This document shows positions 1-9,137 of a stretch of DNA of 64,000 bases, piece after piece. Made by a program: the position numbers and the translations under genes. This DNA comes from Elusimicrobiota bacterium (GTDB lineage: Bacteria > Elusimicrobiota > UBA8919): contig JBBAAR010000001.1 of NCBI GenBank assembly GCA_041658185.1, forward strand, positions 122,400-186,399. The letters are read 5' to 3'. The notes beneath the pieces are model-generated. The model was not told the origin of the DNA. It was given only the letters and a program-made list of their open reading frames with translations, and did not search any database. The first letter of the stretch is position 1, and every line of letters begins with the position of its first letter.

Positions 1-801
1 CGCATATCCCTCAACGGTCGTGAACATAGGTCCCATTAAATCGGGTGCAACCAGATAAATGAAAAATGACAGCACAAAAGGAAGTAACGCCGTGATAGCG
101 CCCGAAAGTTTTCCCTGGGCGGTTAATGCTTCAATTTTCCCCTGCATCTCGTTTCTTTTTCTCATCGTCTCAGAAAGGGTTGTGAGCGCCTCCGACATAT
201 TTCCGCCGGTTTCTCTTGCAATATTTATTGCCGTCATCGCTATCCTCATTTCTTTGGATTTTTTGAGCCGCTCCGAGAGATTGTTCAACGCCTGCTCCAT
301 TGAAATACCTAATTTCAATTCCTGTGTTACCGTCTGAAACTCCTCCGCCAACGGCACTTGTCCCTGCTGGGCAATTACCTCAATCGCCTGGGCAAATGAC
401 AGCCCGCTTCTTAATGAGTTGGAAATAAGCACAAGCCCGTCTGATAATTGCTTATCAATAAGCCGCAAGCGTTTACTTTCCTCTCGTTTCAGCAAAATTA
501 TCGGGAAGAAAAAACCGAAAATACCGAATACAAGCGTGAAAAAAACATTGGTTGTTAAAATATATCCGCCCAAAAGAAAAGCTCCAAATGACATCATCCT
601 GAATTTCTGCGCCTGACGGCTTTTCGGATTCTCGGCAAATTTCGCGAAGAGTTGTTTTATTGACGGCGCTTTTTTAATCTGGTCGCCGGCAAAATATGTC
701 GCTTCTTTTACTTCGTCGCCAGACAAAAGCCGCATCACGAGCAGAAAGAAAAACCCGAACACGCAAACGATAATCAAAAAAGTAAGAAAAATTATTAGCA
801 T
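1..801 (-). CDS. TadB/TadC-like Flp pilus assembly inner-membrane protein (T2SS-F domain); C-terminus truncated by window start
   Basis: Minus-strand ORF absent from the ORF track because it runs off the edge; ATG at 801..799. My translation (MLIIFLTF...LSDGLVLISNSLRSGLSFAQAIEVIAQQG...KIEALTAQGKLSGAITALLPFVLSFFIYLVAPDLMGP) shows the GspF/TadB-C domain pattern and multiple TM helices. It lies directly upstream of cpaE/F and cpaB. Confidence 0.6.
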   Translation of the reverse strand, partial: MLIIFLTFLIIVCVFGFFFLLVMRLLSGDEVKEATYFAGDQIKKAPSIKQLFAKFAENPKSRQAQKFRMMSFGAFLLGGYILTTNVFFTLVFGIFGFFFPIILLKREESKRLRLIDKQLSDGLVLISNSLRSGLSFAQAIEVIAQQGQVPLAEEFQTVTQELKLGISMEQALNNLSERLKKSKEMRIAMTAINIARETGGNMSEALTTLSETMRKRNEMQGKIEALTAQGKLSGAITALLPFVLSFFIYLVAPDLMGPMFTTVEGYA

Positions 802-807
802 AAATTT

Positions 808-1281
808 CTACTGCCCGCTTCCATTTTCTCTCTCATCGGTATGTGCCAGCAGTACAAAATCCCTGACTGGAATCGTATCGCCGGGGCGGGCATCAATATA
901 TTGACTAATCGGTTCATCTGTTCCAGGATCTTGCGCACCGGTAAAATAATTTCTCTGCGAAAATGCCTGCAGGGTATATTTATCCGCAGAAGCCTTAAAA
1001 CCTATGACCCGGGTCACCTCAATAGAAAGTTCATACAAACCGTTTGCATCCGTCACTGCAGTTTCCGAATGTCCCACGCATCTTACAACTGCATCCCGCA
1101 GAGGACCATCCACAGTATATCTGGTATCTACAATTGCGCCGGTACCATCCGTTATATCCACTAATCGCGCCTGCAAAACTTTTCCCTTAAATTTTACTTC
1201 ATCCTCAAAACAGCCGGTCAATAAAAAAGGTAAAAGTAAAAAAGTAAAAGGTAAAAAGTAACGGCTGAAAGATTTTTTCAT
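808..1281 (-). CDS. small secreted lipoprotein (LLTGC lipobox), beta-sandwich-like, function unknown
   Basis: ORF 808..1293; the likely start is the internal MKKSF (ATG at 1281). Signal peptide plus Cys lipobox. Sits between the TadB-like gene and cpaE/F. Confidence 0.4.
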   Translation of the reverse strand: MKKSFSRYFLPFTFLLLPFLLTGCFEDEVKFKGKVLQARLVDITDGTGAIVDTRYTVDGPLRDAVVRCVGHSETAVTDANGLYELSIEVTRVIGFKASADKYTLQAFSQRNYFTGAQDPGTDEPISQYIDARPGDTIPVRDFVLLAHTDERENGSGQ

Positions 1282-1300
1282 AAACACCCCCAATAAACAT

Positions 1301-1348
1301 CAGAGCGGAGAGCGTAGTTTTCTGTCCTCTATGCTCTATCCTCTGCCT
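1301..1348. repeat. repeat family C (AGAGCrTAG tandem units followed by inverted CTATsCTCT units)
   Basis: cagagcggagagcgtag...tctgtcctctatgctctatcctctgcc in the intergenic region between the lipoprotein start and the cpaE/F stop. Confidence 0.6.
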
Positions 1349-3489
1349 CATCTGAATATTCCCATATCAAAAGATAATCCGTGCGATTTAACCTCGCTGA
1401 TAAATGACGGTATAACTCCCGTCGTACTGAAATCGCCGTCAACCTTACCTGTTGCGTCAATTCCGGTCTGCTTATAGACGAAAATATCCGCTAATGTGAT
1501 TGTATCTTTTTCAAGCCCCGTAATTTCTGTAATGTGCGTGATTTTTCTCGTTCCGTCGGAAAATCTGGATATTTGAACGATAACATCAATAGCGGCGGAG
1601 ACCTGACTTCTTATCGCATGCATGGGTAAATCCATTCCCGCCATAAGAACAAGCGTTTCCAGACGACTCAAACAGTCACGGGGCGCGTTTGCATGCACGG
1701 TTGTTAACGAGCCGTCGTGGCCCGTATTCATCGCCTGCAACATATCCAGCGCCTCGCCGCCGCGGCACTCTCCTACGACAATTCTGTCCGGTCTCATACG
1801 GAGCGAGTTGACCACAAGACGTCTGATGGTAATTTCTCCGGCGCCCTCAATGTTGGGAGGTCTGCTTTCAAGACGAACCCAGTGTTCCTGCGGAAGTTGG
1901 AGTTCTGCAGCATCTTCAATAGTTAAAATCCTTTCGCTTGCGGGAATAAAACTTGCTAAAATGTTCAACAGCGTTGTTTTACCGGAACCTGTTCCGCCTG
2001 AAATAATTATATTTTTCCGCAGTTGGACGCAGATCCTTAAAAACTCAATCATCTCCGGTGTGATAGAACTAAAATTGAGCAAATCCTTGAATGTGAAACG
2101 CTCTTTTGAAAATTTTCTGATGGTGAGGCAGGGTCCCACGAGAGATAAAGGCGGAATAACGGCATTTACCCGGGAGCCGTCTTTTAAACGCGCATCAACT
2201 AACGGAGAGGACTCGTCTATCCTTCTTCCTAAGGGTGTCACGATTCTTTCAATAACATTTAACAACTGCTGGTTAGTCGTAAATTTTTTATTCGTAAGAA
2301 AAATTTTTCCGGCGCGCTCTACATAGATTCTGTCGCGACCGTTAACCATAACCTCGGTGATGGTCGGGTCGCGAAGGAAATCTTCAAGAGGACCCAAACC
2401 GAGCGACTGGTCTAAAACCTCCATCACAAGCCGGACTCTGTCAACACGGGCGGTAAGTTTTTCACCCTCGGAATTTAATATGCGTTCAATCGCTTCCTGA
2501 ACCGTTTGTCTTGTTTCCGCTAATTTTTGTTTATCACCCGACGGCGAAAGTTCTATTCTTCTTTCTTTCATCTCGGCGACCAGTTTGTTGTAGACGCGCA
2601 TTTTTAATTCGTCCGTCGGAGGAAGAAGATTTCCGGAGGAGGATTTTACGGCGACAACCTCTTTTTCGCTTCGGGATGTCCGATGCTCTTTCCTTGTCTG
2701 CTCCATCGCATTTTTAAGTCCGACAAATAACCCGGCGCCTTGTTCTGCGCGGATGGTTTCTTCGGCAATGGTATTGACGATTGAATAAATCCCTCTTGAA
2801 AATGGCGAGCGGGTGGATGCGGTAACGGCGGGAACGCCTCTGTTTATTGACAGAACCGCGGAGTCGGCGTCAAAAGGAATAAGCCATGCCGGTCTCTGCT
2901 TGATGTATTCCGAAACCTGGTCAACGCTCAAACCGCCGGCGATGTCCGCTTTATTTAAAACAACTTTCAGCATCTGAGTCGGATAATGATTTATTATAAA
3001 CTGCTGCCAGACCTTTTTCGCGTGATAAAGAGATGCGAGTTCGGGTGTGGTAACCAGAACAACCATATCTATATTGTCCATAACTGCAATCTGCAAATCG
3101 TTGAAACTTCTGCCGATGTTGACAATAACATAATCGTAGACGGAGCCGAAAAATGAAACCGTTTTTTCCGCATATGACGGAAGGATTTTAACCGAATCGC
3201 CGGATTCTGAAACTGCTGAAAGAAAATCAATTCCCGAGGAGTGTTCTACGACATAACCCTTCAACATCTGGGGCGAAAGTTTATCTATGACGGAAAGTAA
3301 ATCCAATAATGATTTAGTTTGAGGAACTGCTAATAGCAGCGCTATCTCACCCGCCATCGCAAAATTGAAATCCAAAAGCGCCACCCGTTTTTTTGTCTGA
3401 GATTTGAGTGCTACGGCAAGATTAATAGCGACCAGCGTCTGTCCGACGCCGCCCTTTGAACCCATCACAGCAATTATTTTTCCTGACAT
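1348..3489 (-). CDS. fused CpaE/TadZ-like ParA-MinD ATPase domain + CpaF/TadA secretion ATPase (Tad pilus motor)
   Basis: N-terminus MSGKIIAVMGSKGGVGQTL (deviant Walker A of the ParA/MinD/CpaE type). C-terminal half carries the Walker A box IISGGTGSGKTT, then RILTIEDAAEL and VGECRGGEALDMLQAMNTGHDGSLTTVHAN, typical of VirB11/CpaF/TadA. The track ORF starts at 3573 with an alternative codon inside the GTGAA repeat; the ATG at 3489 is preferred. Confidence 0.8.
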   Translation of the reverse strand: MSGKIIAVMGSKGGVGQTLVAINLAVALKSQTKKRVALLDFNFAMAGEIALLLAVPQTKSLLDLLSVIDKLSPQMLKGYVVEHSSGIDFLSAVSESGDSVKILPSYAEKTVSFFGSVYDYVIVNIGRSFNDLQIAVMDNIDMVVLVTTPELASLYHAKKVWQQFIINHYPTQMLKVVLNKADIAGGLSVDQVSEYIKQRPAWLIPFDADSAVLSINRGVPAVTASTRSPFSRGIYSIVNTIAEETIRAEQGAGLFVGLKNAMEQTRKEHRTSRSEKEVVAVKSSSGNLLPPTDELKMRVYNKLVAEMKERRIELSPSGDKQKLAETRQTVQEAIERILNSEGEKLTARVDRVRLVMEVLDQSLGLGPLEDFLRDPTITEVMVNGRDRIYVERAGKIFLTNKKFTTNQQLLNVIERIVTPLGRRIDESSPLVDARLKDGSRVNAVIPPLSLVGPCLTIRKFSKERFTFKDLLNFSSITPEMIEFLRICVQLRKNIIISGGTGSGKTTLLNILASFIPASERILTIEDAAELQLPQEHWVRLESRPPNIEGAGEITIRRLVVNSLRMRPDRIVVGECRGGEALDMLQAMNTGHDGSLTTVHANAPRDCLSRLETLVLMAGMDLPMHAIRSQVSAAIDVIVQISRFSDGTRKITHITEITGLEKDTITLADIFVYKQTGIDATGKVDGDFSTTGVIPSFISEVKSHGLSFDMGIFR

Positions 3490-3510
3490 ATTAGAACCAG
3501 TGATAACGGC

Positions 3511-3590
3511 AGTGAACAAAAGTGGTGAAACAGTGAACGAAAGTGAATTGCACTTCCTCTCACTTCCTTTCACTTTCTTATACTGCCCTA
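3511..3590. repeat. repeat family A (GTGAA-type tandem units followed by inverted TTCAC units)
   Basis: agtgaacaaaagtggtgaaacagtgaacgaaagtgaattgcacttcctctcacttcctttcactttc in the cpaB-cpaE/F intergenic region. Confidence 0.6.
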
Positions 3591-4322
3591 TTTAGAGAAC
3601 ACTCCCATCGTAGTTGCACCGACACCTACGATGTTATGGTCGTTTAATCCGCGCAGCACCAGCCGAATCGTGCCTTTTTCCAAAGCAAGGGCTACCGCCT
3701 GTGCCTCGTAAGGCGAAACAGCCAGCGTGACCGTCGGCAGTATATCTTCCGACGGAGCGGACACATCTGCGATATTGGTAACCGACTGCGTTTTGGCAGC
3801 GGATGCTCCCAGAATATTCTGTTTCCATGCGAGAACAAGGACATTCTGCAAAACCGTTACGGATTTATCCTGCTCGTCAATTGTGCAAATCACATCTACA
3901 TAATTTCCGGGCTTTATCAGTTCCGCAACACCCGAGGCAGAATCAACATTTATTGAAATTGCTCTTTTATTCTCGGGAACAATTATCGCAAGCCCCGTAT
4001 CTTTACCGGGAGTTAAAAGTTTGGTGGAAACAATCTGTTCGCCCTGCATTACAGGAACCGCAGTCGCATAACTTTCATTTATAATTTGCGACACCGAATC
4101 AAGTGCTTTGGGCTGTTTGTACGCAGCGGGAACTTTTATCACATCAACATTATACTCTTTCAGGAGAGTTCCCTCGGCGATATCACCTCTTGCAATAAGC
4201 ACCTCCGTCATCTGAGCACCGCTGCGATATTTTATTTCCATACTGCGGACAAGCATAAATGTTAAGATAACGGCAAACAAACCCATAACGACGGCAATCA
4301 AAAGCACCTTTTTGTTTTTCAT
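3588..4322 (-). CDS. cpaB: Flp pilus assembly protein CpaB/RcpC
   Basis: N-terminal TM anchor, SAF-like region and RcpC-type beta domain. Directly downstream of the CpaE/F fusion. Confidence 0.7.
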   Translation of the reverse strand: MKNKKVLLIAVVMGLFAVILTFMLVRSMEIKYRSGAQMTEVLIARGDIAEGTLLKEYNVDVIKVPAAYKQPKALDSVSQIINESYATAVPVMQGEQIVSTKLLTPGKDTGLAIIVPENKRAISINVDSASGVAELIKPGNYVDVICTIDEQDKSVTVLQNVLVLAWKQNILGASAAKTQSVTNIADVSAPSEDILPTVTLAVSPYEAQAVALALEKGTIRLVLRGLNDHNIVGVGATTMGVFSK

Positions 4323-4430
4323 AAATCAATCCCTCCGACCGAGTATGTCCGCTTTGGCGGAAAACGGTGAAATTCAGTTAGAATTATGATATAAAAAATA
4401 AACGGAAATGTCAAGAAAAAAATAAAAAAG

Positions 4431-4500
4431 AAACCCGACAGGATTTACAGGATAAAACAGGATAAAAATCAGATATTAAAATCCTGTTAATCCCGTCAAA
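4431..4500 (-). terminator. possible rho-independent terminator after the standalone MBL gene
   Basis: On the minus-strand RNA, acaggau...auccugu stems are followed by a U-rich run (cggguuucuuuuuuauuuuuuu). Confidence 0.3.
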
Positions 4501-4506
4501 AAATTT

Positions 4507-5550
4507 TTATCTTTCTGTTGTGATTTTGAGTGAAGTACCGTCGGTAAGAAGCGTAATTGTCCCGTTTTGGTCGGTCCGATAAATGTTTACGTTTCTGTCA
4601 ACAAGTTTTTTTACGGTTTCGTCGGCTGGATGTCCGAAAGTATTGCCCCTTCCGGAAGATATAACGGCGATATCCGGAGATACCCTGTCAAGAAACGGAG
4701 ACGAGGTGGATGTTTTTGAGCCGTGATGGGCGATTTTTAATACGGTGGATTTTAACTCGCCGCGCCAACTGACAAGGTCGTTTTCAGCTTCAAGTTCAAC
4801 ATCGCCTGTAAAAAGAAAGGATACATTTTGATATGTAATCTTTAGGACAATTGAAGAATTGTTCTCGTCGGATTTTGTACCTCTGTATTTACTAAGTGGT
4901 CCCAAAAACTTCATTAAAACACCGCCGCCCAAATCAACCGTTTCACCGACAGTCGGAACAACATATTTCGCCTTGGCATCCTTAACCTGCTGCAAAAATG
5001 TTTCATACAACGGATATGATTTCGGGAAATTGGCGTCATAAACAACTTTCGGAAAAATTTTATTTTCCATAAGCGTAACAAATCCGCCGTAATGGTCTGC
5101 ATGCGGATGGGTGGCGATGAAATAGTCAATAACAAGCGGTAAATGGTAAGTGGTAAGCGGCTGAAGTTCTTTTTGTAAATAAGGAATTATTACATTTTTC
5201 GCAGCATCCTCTTTTTCTTCGCTGGTTCCTTCACTTTCTTCAATAATATATCCTGGCTTTCCGCCGGCATCAATCAAAATTATTTTTTTAGAAGGCGTGA
5301 ATAAAAGCGTTGAGTCGCCCTGTCCAACGTCAAAAAATATAATTTTTAAAACTTTTGAAGGGTCACTGAACTCCTTGGATTTTGAGGACGGTTTAACAGC
5401 AAAGTAAATTGCCCACACAGATATGCACCCGATAAATAAAATAGCGGCGGTGATGTTACCGGCGTTAAAAATCTTTGATTCCTCGCCGGAACGGGCTTTT
5501 TTTGCCTCATCCTGTAATATCTGCCTGTACTTTTTAAATCTTGATTCCAT
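4507..5550 (-). CDS. standalone ComEC-type metallo-beta-lactamase-fold hydrolase, membrane-anchored and exported
   Basis: FFDVGQGDSTLLF...LIDAGG, HPHADHYGG, KIAHHGSKTS motifs of the ComEC/Rec2 C-terminal MBL domain, with an N-terminal TM helix. Start preferred at the ATG at 5550 (MESRFKK), because the track start lies inside a palindrome. Confidence 0.7.
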   Translation of the reverse strand: MESRFKKYRQILQDEAKKARSGEESKIFNAGNITAAILFIGCISVWAIYFAVKPSSKSKEFSDPSKVLKIIFFDVGQGDSTLLFTPSKKIILIDAGGKPGYIIEESEGTSEEKEDAAKNVIIPYLQKELQPLTTYHLPLVIDYFIATHPHADHYGGFVTLMENKIFPKVVYDANFPKSYPLYETFLQQVKDAKAKYVVPTVGETVDLGGGVLMKFLGPLSKYRGTKSDENNSSIVLKITYQNVSFLFTGDVELEAENDLVSWRGELKSTVLKIAHHGSKTSTSSPFLDRVSPDIAVISSGRGNTFGHPADETVKKLVDRNVNIYRTDQNGTITLLTDGTSLKITTER

Positions 5551-5560
5551 TTTAATACCA

Positions 5561-5680
5561 GTGAGTAAGTGAGTAGGAAGTAGTGTAGTTGCCGAGTTTG
5601 CTCGGCTGTTTGTAGTTGCAGACATTATATCTGCATAAAGCCAACCAAGGTTGGCAACTACTACTCGCTACTTACCTGAA
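5561..5680. repeat. complex 120-bp imperfect palindrome (family F) with nested perfect hairpins
   Basis: Outer arms are gtgagtaagtgagtaggaagtagtgtagttgcc and ggcaactactactcgctacttacc. Inner hairpins are gccgag-tttg-ctcggc and ccaacc-aa-ggttgg. Confidence 0.55.
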
Positions 5681-8050
5681 CATCTTCACCAAAAAATACT
5701 TAAACTTTTCCAAGAACCCGACGGCAAAACTTCCTTTATCCAAAAGTTTACCGGGCAAGCAGTTCAAAAATTGAGACGGTTCAAATTGCTGCGGCTTTCC
5801 GTACCACTTTCTTGTATCCGCATATGTAAGAAACAACCGCTCTTTTGCGCGGGTGAGACCCACATAAAAAAGCCGGCGCTCCTCGTCAAGCCGTTTTTCT
5901 TTTTCTTTTTTTGAGATTTTTTCACCGGAAAAATGTTTTATCGGAATTATATTTTCTTCAAGCCCGATAAAAAATACGGCGTTAAATTCCAGACCTTTGG
6001 CGGCGTGCAGCGACATCACATTGACATAATCATTAACCGTTTTCAGCGCCGACTGCTCGGTTGATTTCCCTCGCATAGATATGCTTTCAATAAACATATC
6101 AATTTTCTCGTATAGGGGAAGATTGCCGCCGCGAACCCGCTCAAAATCAGCCGCTTCCTCCTTTACTGCGAGAGCGAATCTTACCGACTCTTTTCCCTGT
6201 TCCGACTGGAATGCGCTTTTCTGATAATAATCCAGATAACCGCCTTTTTCCAAAATATAACCGATTGCATCGGACAAAGACATCTGAGGATTGCTATCTG
6301 CTATGTCCAAAAAAATCTCAAAAAGTTTTAGGAATTTCTTTTTACTACTTTCGTCTATTAAGCGGCGAAGCATATCTTCAAGAACTTTTCCATCGGTAAA
6401 AAGTTTATACGGATGCAAAATATGCGACATTATCTCGTTTTCAATGGCGGAAAATAAAACCGGCGGCAGATAGTAAAGACGCTTAATATCGCCCTCAATA
6501 GAAGAACCTTCAATAACAATCATCGGCATCGGTTCGGTAAAAATTTTTTCATGCAGTTTAATATAAAAGTCTAACACTTTAATGTATGAGCAAATATCCT
6601 GCACCTCTTTTCTCTGCCAGAAATGCGGATTGTATATTATAAATGGGATTTTTTTGCTTTCTAAAATTTTTTTTGCGACTTTTGATTGCTCGTGTGTGCG
6701 GTATAAAATCGCGAAATCATTCCATCTTAAATGCGAATCTTTTTGTTTTATCCGCTCCATTTCAAACACGCAGAAATTGATTTCATCAGTTTCGTCTTTT
6801 GCTTTATAGACGGTAATCGCATCGCCGAAGTCCAAAGAACCGTCATTTTTTCTTTTAACCGGCTCAATCGTTTTAACGAGATGTTTCGGCTTGGACTTTT
6901 TGAACACCTCGTTTGCAGCGGTGATAATTGTTGCAGTGGAGCGGTAGTTTTTTACAAGTTTGATGTTGGTGCAATTCGGGTAGTCCTTTTCAAAAAATAG
7001 AATGTTTCTGATGTCGGCTCCTCGCCAGGCATAGATTGACTGGTCGTCATCGCCCACGACAAAAAGATTTTGACTCTTGCCTACAAGTTTTTTGCAAAGG
7101 GTGTACTGCGCGTAATTTGTGTCCTGATATTCGTCCACAAGAATAAACTTGAACCGACGCTGATACCATGACAGCACCGTCGGGAATCTGTTAAATAAAT
7201 CCACGACAAGCATCATCATATCGTTGAAATCAATAAGCCCCTGCTGTTTCAAAGTATTCTGATACCTTTCATAAACGGGAACGATTTTCTGTTCTTCTTT
7301 TGTTGCCATTTTTCTTAAATTTTCAACATTAATAAGTTCGTTTTTCCAGTGCTCTATTTTCATTACAACGTCGTCGTATTTCACATTCGGGTCGGTTGCA
7401 AACTCCAAATCAAAGCATGGCTTCAAAACCTTGTATGGGTTTTCTAAAATCTTAAATCCCGCAGGCATACCGATCCTCTCTGCATTAAGCCAAGTCCGTC
7501 CGTCGTCGGTAGGAGATTCTTCCTTTAAGATTTTAAGACAAATTGAGTGAAATGTTCCCACCCACATTTTAGAAATCTGTTCAGAAATTGTCAGGTACTG
7601 TTCTTCCGTCATTCCCTCTTTTACAGAGAGAAAAAATCTTTTGATACGGGCACGCATCTCTTCCGCCGCTTTAACGGTAAATGTAAGTGCAAGTATGTTC
7701 TGCGGATTAACTCCGGATAATATAAGGTAAATAATTCTGTATGTAAGGGCGGTCGTTTTTCCGCTGCCGGCGCAGGCAAAAATAAGGAGCGGGCCGCCGG
7801 TTTTATGATTGTGAAAGACCGCCTCTAACTGCTCCGGATTAAGTTGCTGTGAAATTGTCAGAAGTTGTCCCACGCGGGAAGCCGGCTGTCCCGCCCGCAG
7901 GATTACCGCAGAGAGAGCATCATCCAAAATGCTTTTTTGCTTTTCGTTCAAATCTGAAATCCTCAAGTTATACAACCGGGCAACATCCGGCGGTAAACCC
8001 GCGAGCGGGTCAACTTTATTGAAATTATTTATGGCATCAACCGTGTTCAT
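5672..8050 (-). CDS. UvrD/PcrA-family superfamily-1 DNA helicase
   Basis: Walker A CAGSGKTT, ILALTFTVKAAEEM, VDEYQDTNYAQY, a GDDDQSIY-like motif, and a C-terminal UvrD_C region. Confidence 0.8.
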   Translation of the reverse strand: MNTVDAINNFNKVDPLAGLPPDVARLYNLRISDLNEKQKSILDDALSAVILRAGQPASRVGQLLTISQQLNPEQLEAVFHNHKTGGPLLIFACAGSGKTTALTYRIIYLILSGVNPQNILALTFTVKAAEEMRARIKRFFLSVKEGMTEEQYLTISEQISKMWVGTFHSICLKILKEESPTDDGRTWLNAERIGMPAGFKILENPYKVLKPCFDLEFATDPNVKYDDVVMKIEHWKNELINVENLRKMATKEEQKIVPVYERYQNTLKQQGLIDFNDMMMLVVDLFNRFPTVLSWYQRRFKFILVDEYQDTNYAQYTLCKKLVGKSQNLFVVGDDDQSIYAWRGADIRNILFFEKDYPNCTNIKLVKNYRSTATIITAANEVFKKSKPKHLVKTIEPVKRKNDGSLDFGDAITVYKAKDETDEINFCVFEMERIKQKDSHLRWNDFAILYRTHEQSKVAKKILESKKIPFIIYNPHFWQRKEVQDICSYIKVLDFYIKLHEKIFTEPMPMIVIEGSSIEGDIKRLYYLPPVLFSAIENEIMSHILHPYKLFTDGKVLEDMLRRLIDESSKKKFLKLFEIFLDIADSNPQMSLSDAIGYILEKGGYLDYYQKSAFQSEQGKESVRFALAVKEEAADFERVRGGNLPLYEKIDMFIESISMRGKSTEQSALKTVNDYVNVMSLHAAKGLEFNAVFFIGLEENIIPIKHFSGEKISKKEKEKRLDEERRLFYVGLTRAKERLFLTYADTRKWYGKPQQFEPSQFLNCLPGKLLDKGSFAVGFLEKFKYFLVKMFR

Positions 8051-8051
8051 T

Positions 8052-9137
8052 TTATTTTCCCAACTTTTTTATCTGATTTTTTGCCTCCGCATCATACTTA
8101 CTGCCTTTTAGTGCTTCCCACTCTTTTACGGCATCATTTTTGTTATCAAGTTTTTCATACATAACTGCCAGTCGGTGTCTCATATCAATTGCCTGCGGGT
8201 TTGTTTTAACACATTTTTTTAAGATTCCCGCTTCTTTTTTCGGCTCGTCTATTTTATTCCAAATATCCGCCAGACGGCTGTAAAGTTTTACTTCCTTCGG
8301 AAAAACCTTTATCCCGTAATTTAAGTTATCAACGGCTCTATCAAGGAGATTGTCTTTCATATACTCTTCGCTGAGAGTCAGGTAATCGGCAGGAATTTTC
8401 TGCCTCAGTTTCAACATAAGATATATCTTTTCCCGCCAGATAGTGTACCAAACATCCACCGTCTCATTATAGGCGTTTATTATAGAATTTCTTGTAAGTT
8501 TTTCAACCTGCTTTATCTGATTGCCGGGATTGTCAATATATGCATCCGCGATATCTGAATAGTGGTCGTATCCGTATTTTGCATCGGCGGAAAACATCGT
8601 CGGAATATCAGAAATATAGTTAGGTTTCCTCGGGACATATTTTATATTAAGGTCCGCCGCATTGTCCTCATACCTTTGATGAAAAGTATCCTCAAACTGT
8701 CTCTGGTCGCAGTGCAGCGGCTGATTCGCATCGGATATGTAATGACTGATTTTCCCCAAATCCAAAAAAAAATTTTCGTCAGTTTTTCTTTCGGGTTTCA
8801 GAAGTTCATCATTTATTTTTAGAGTCATATACAGACATATCTCTGAATTGTGAGGGCGGATTTCCCCTTCGTCGTAGACATCCGGATAGATGCTTCCCTC
8901 TCTCAATTTTGATTCGTTCTGAATAAGAAAATCCCTGAACTTCGTCGGTAAATATCTGTTTCTTGCCGCCTGGGATGCGATTCCTCTGTGAGTATTGTGA
9001 ATCCAGCCGAAAAGGAAGGTTAAAGGTATAAATAAAAGGTATAAATTAAGGCAAGTAAAAGATAGAAAATTAAAACTAAAATTACGGCAAAATATTTTAA
9101 CCTTTAACCTTAAACCTTTAACCTTTATTGTTTTCAT
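8052..9137 (-). CDS. secreted S1/P1-family zinc nuclease-like domain with C-terminal TPR-like region
   Basis: The predicted mature N-terminus is W-IHNTHRGIASQAA (compare the P1 nuclease W1-GxxGH zinc ligand). HYISDANQPLHCD matches the H..D..QPLH motif. The signal peptide LNLYLLFIPLTFLFG is encoded by repeat family B. Start placed at the ATG at 9137, overlapping the upstream stop as ATGA. Confidence 0.5.
   Translation of the reverse strand: MKTIKVKGLRLKVKIFCRNFSFNFLSFTCLNLYLLFIPLTFLFGWIHNTHRGIASQAARNRYLPTKFRDFLIQNESKLREGSIYPDVYDEGEIRPHNSEICLYMTLKINDELLKPERKTDENFFLDLGKISHYISDANQPLHCDQRQFEDTFHQRYEDNAADLNIKYVPRKPNYISDIPTMFSADAKYGYDHYSDIADAYIDNPGNQIKQVEKLTRNSIINAYNETVDVWYTIWREKIYLMLKLRQKIPADYLTLSEEYMKDNLLDRAVDNLNYGIKVFPKEVKLYSRLADIWNKIDEPKKEAGILKKCVKTNPQAIDMRHRLAVMYEKLDNKNDAVKEWEALKGSKYDAEAKNQIKKLGK
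9013..9130. repeat. repeat family B (AAGGTTAAAGGTATAAAT tandem units followed by inverted TTAACCTTT units)
   Basis: aaggttaaaggtataaataaaaggtataaattaaggc ... ttttaacctttaaccttaaacctttaaccttt. Encodes the signal peptide of the S1/P1-like gene. Confidence 0.65.

Noticed and set aside
59-616. Plus-strand ORFs 59..337 and 419..616
   Set aside because: They lie entirely antisense to the TadB/C-like minus-strand gene. Low complexity and no homology pattern.
1622-2326. 234-aa plus-strand ORF inside cpaE/F
   Set aside because: Antisense to a strongly supported ATPase gene. Its composition (Ser/Arg-rich) is typical of a shadow frame.
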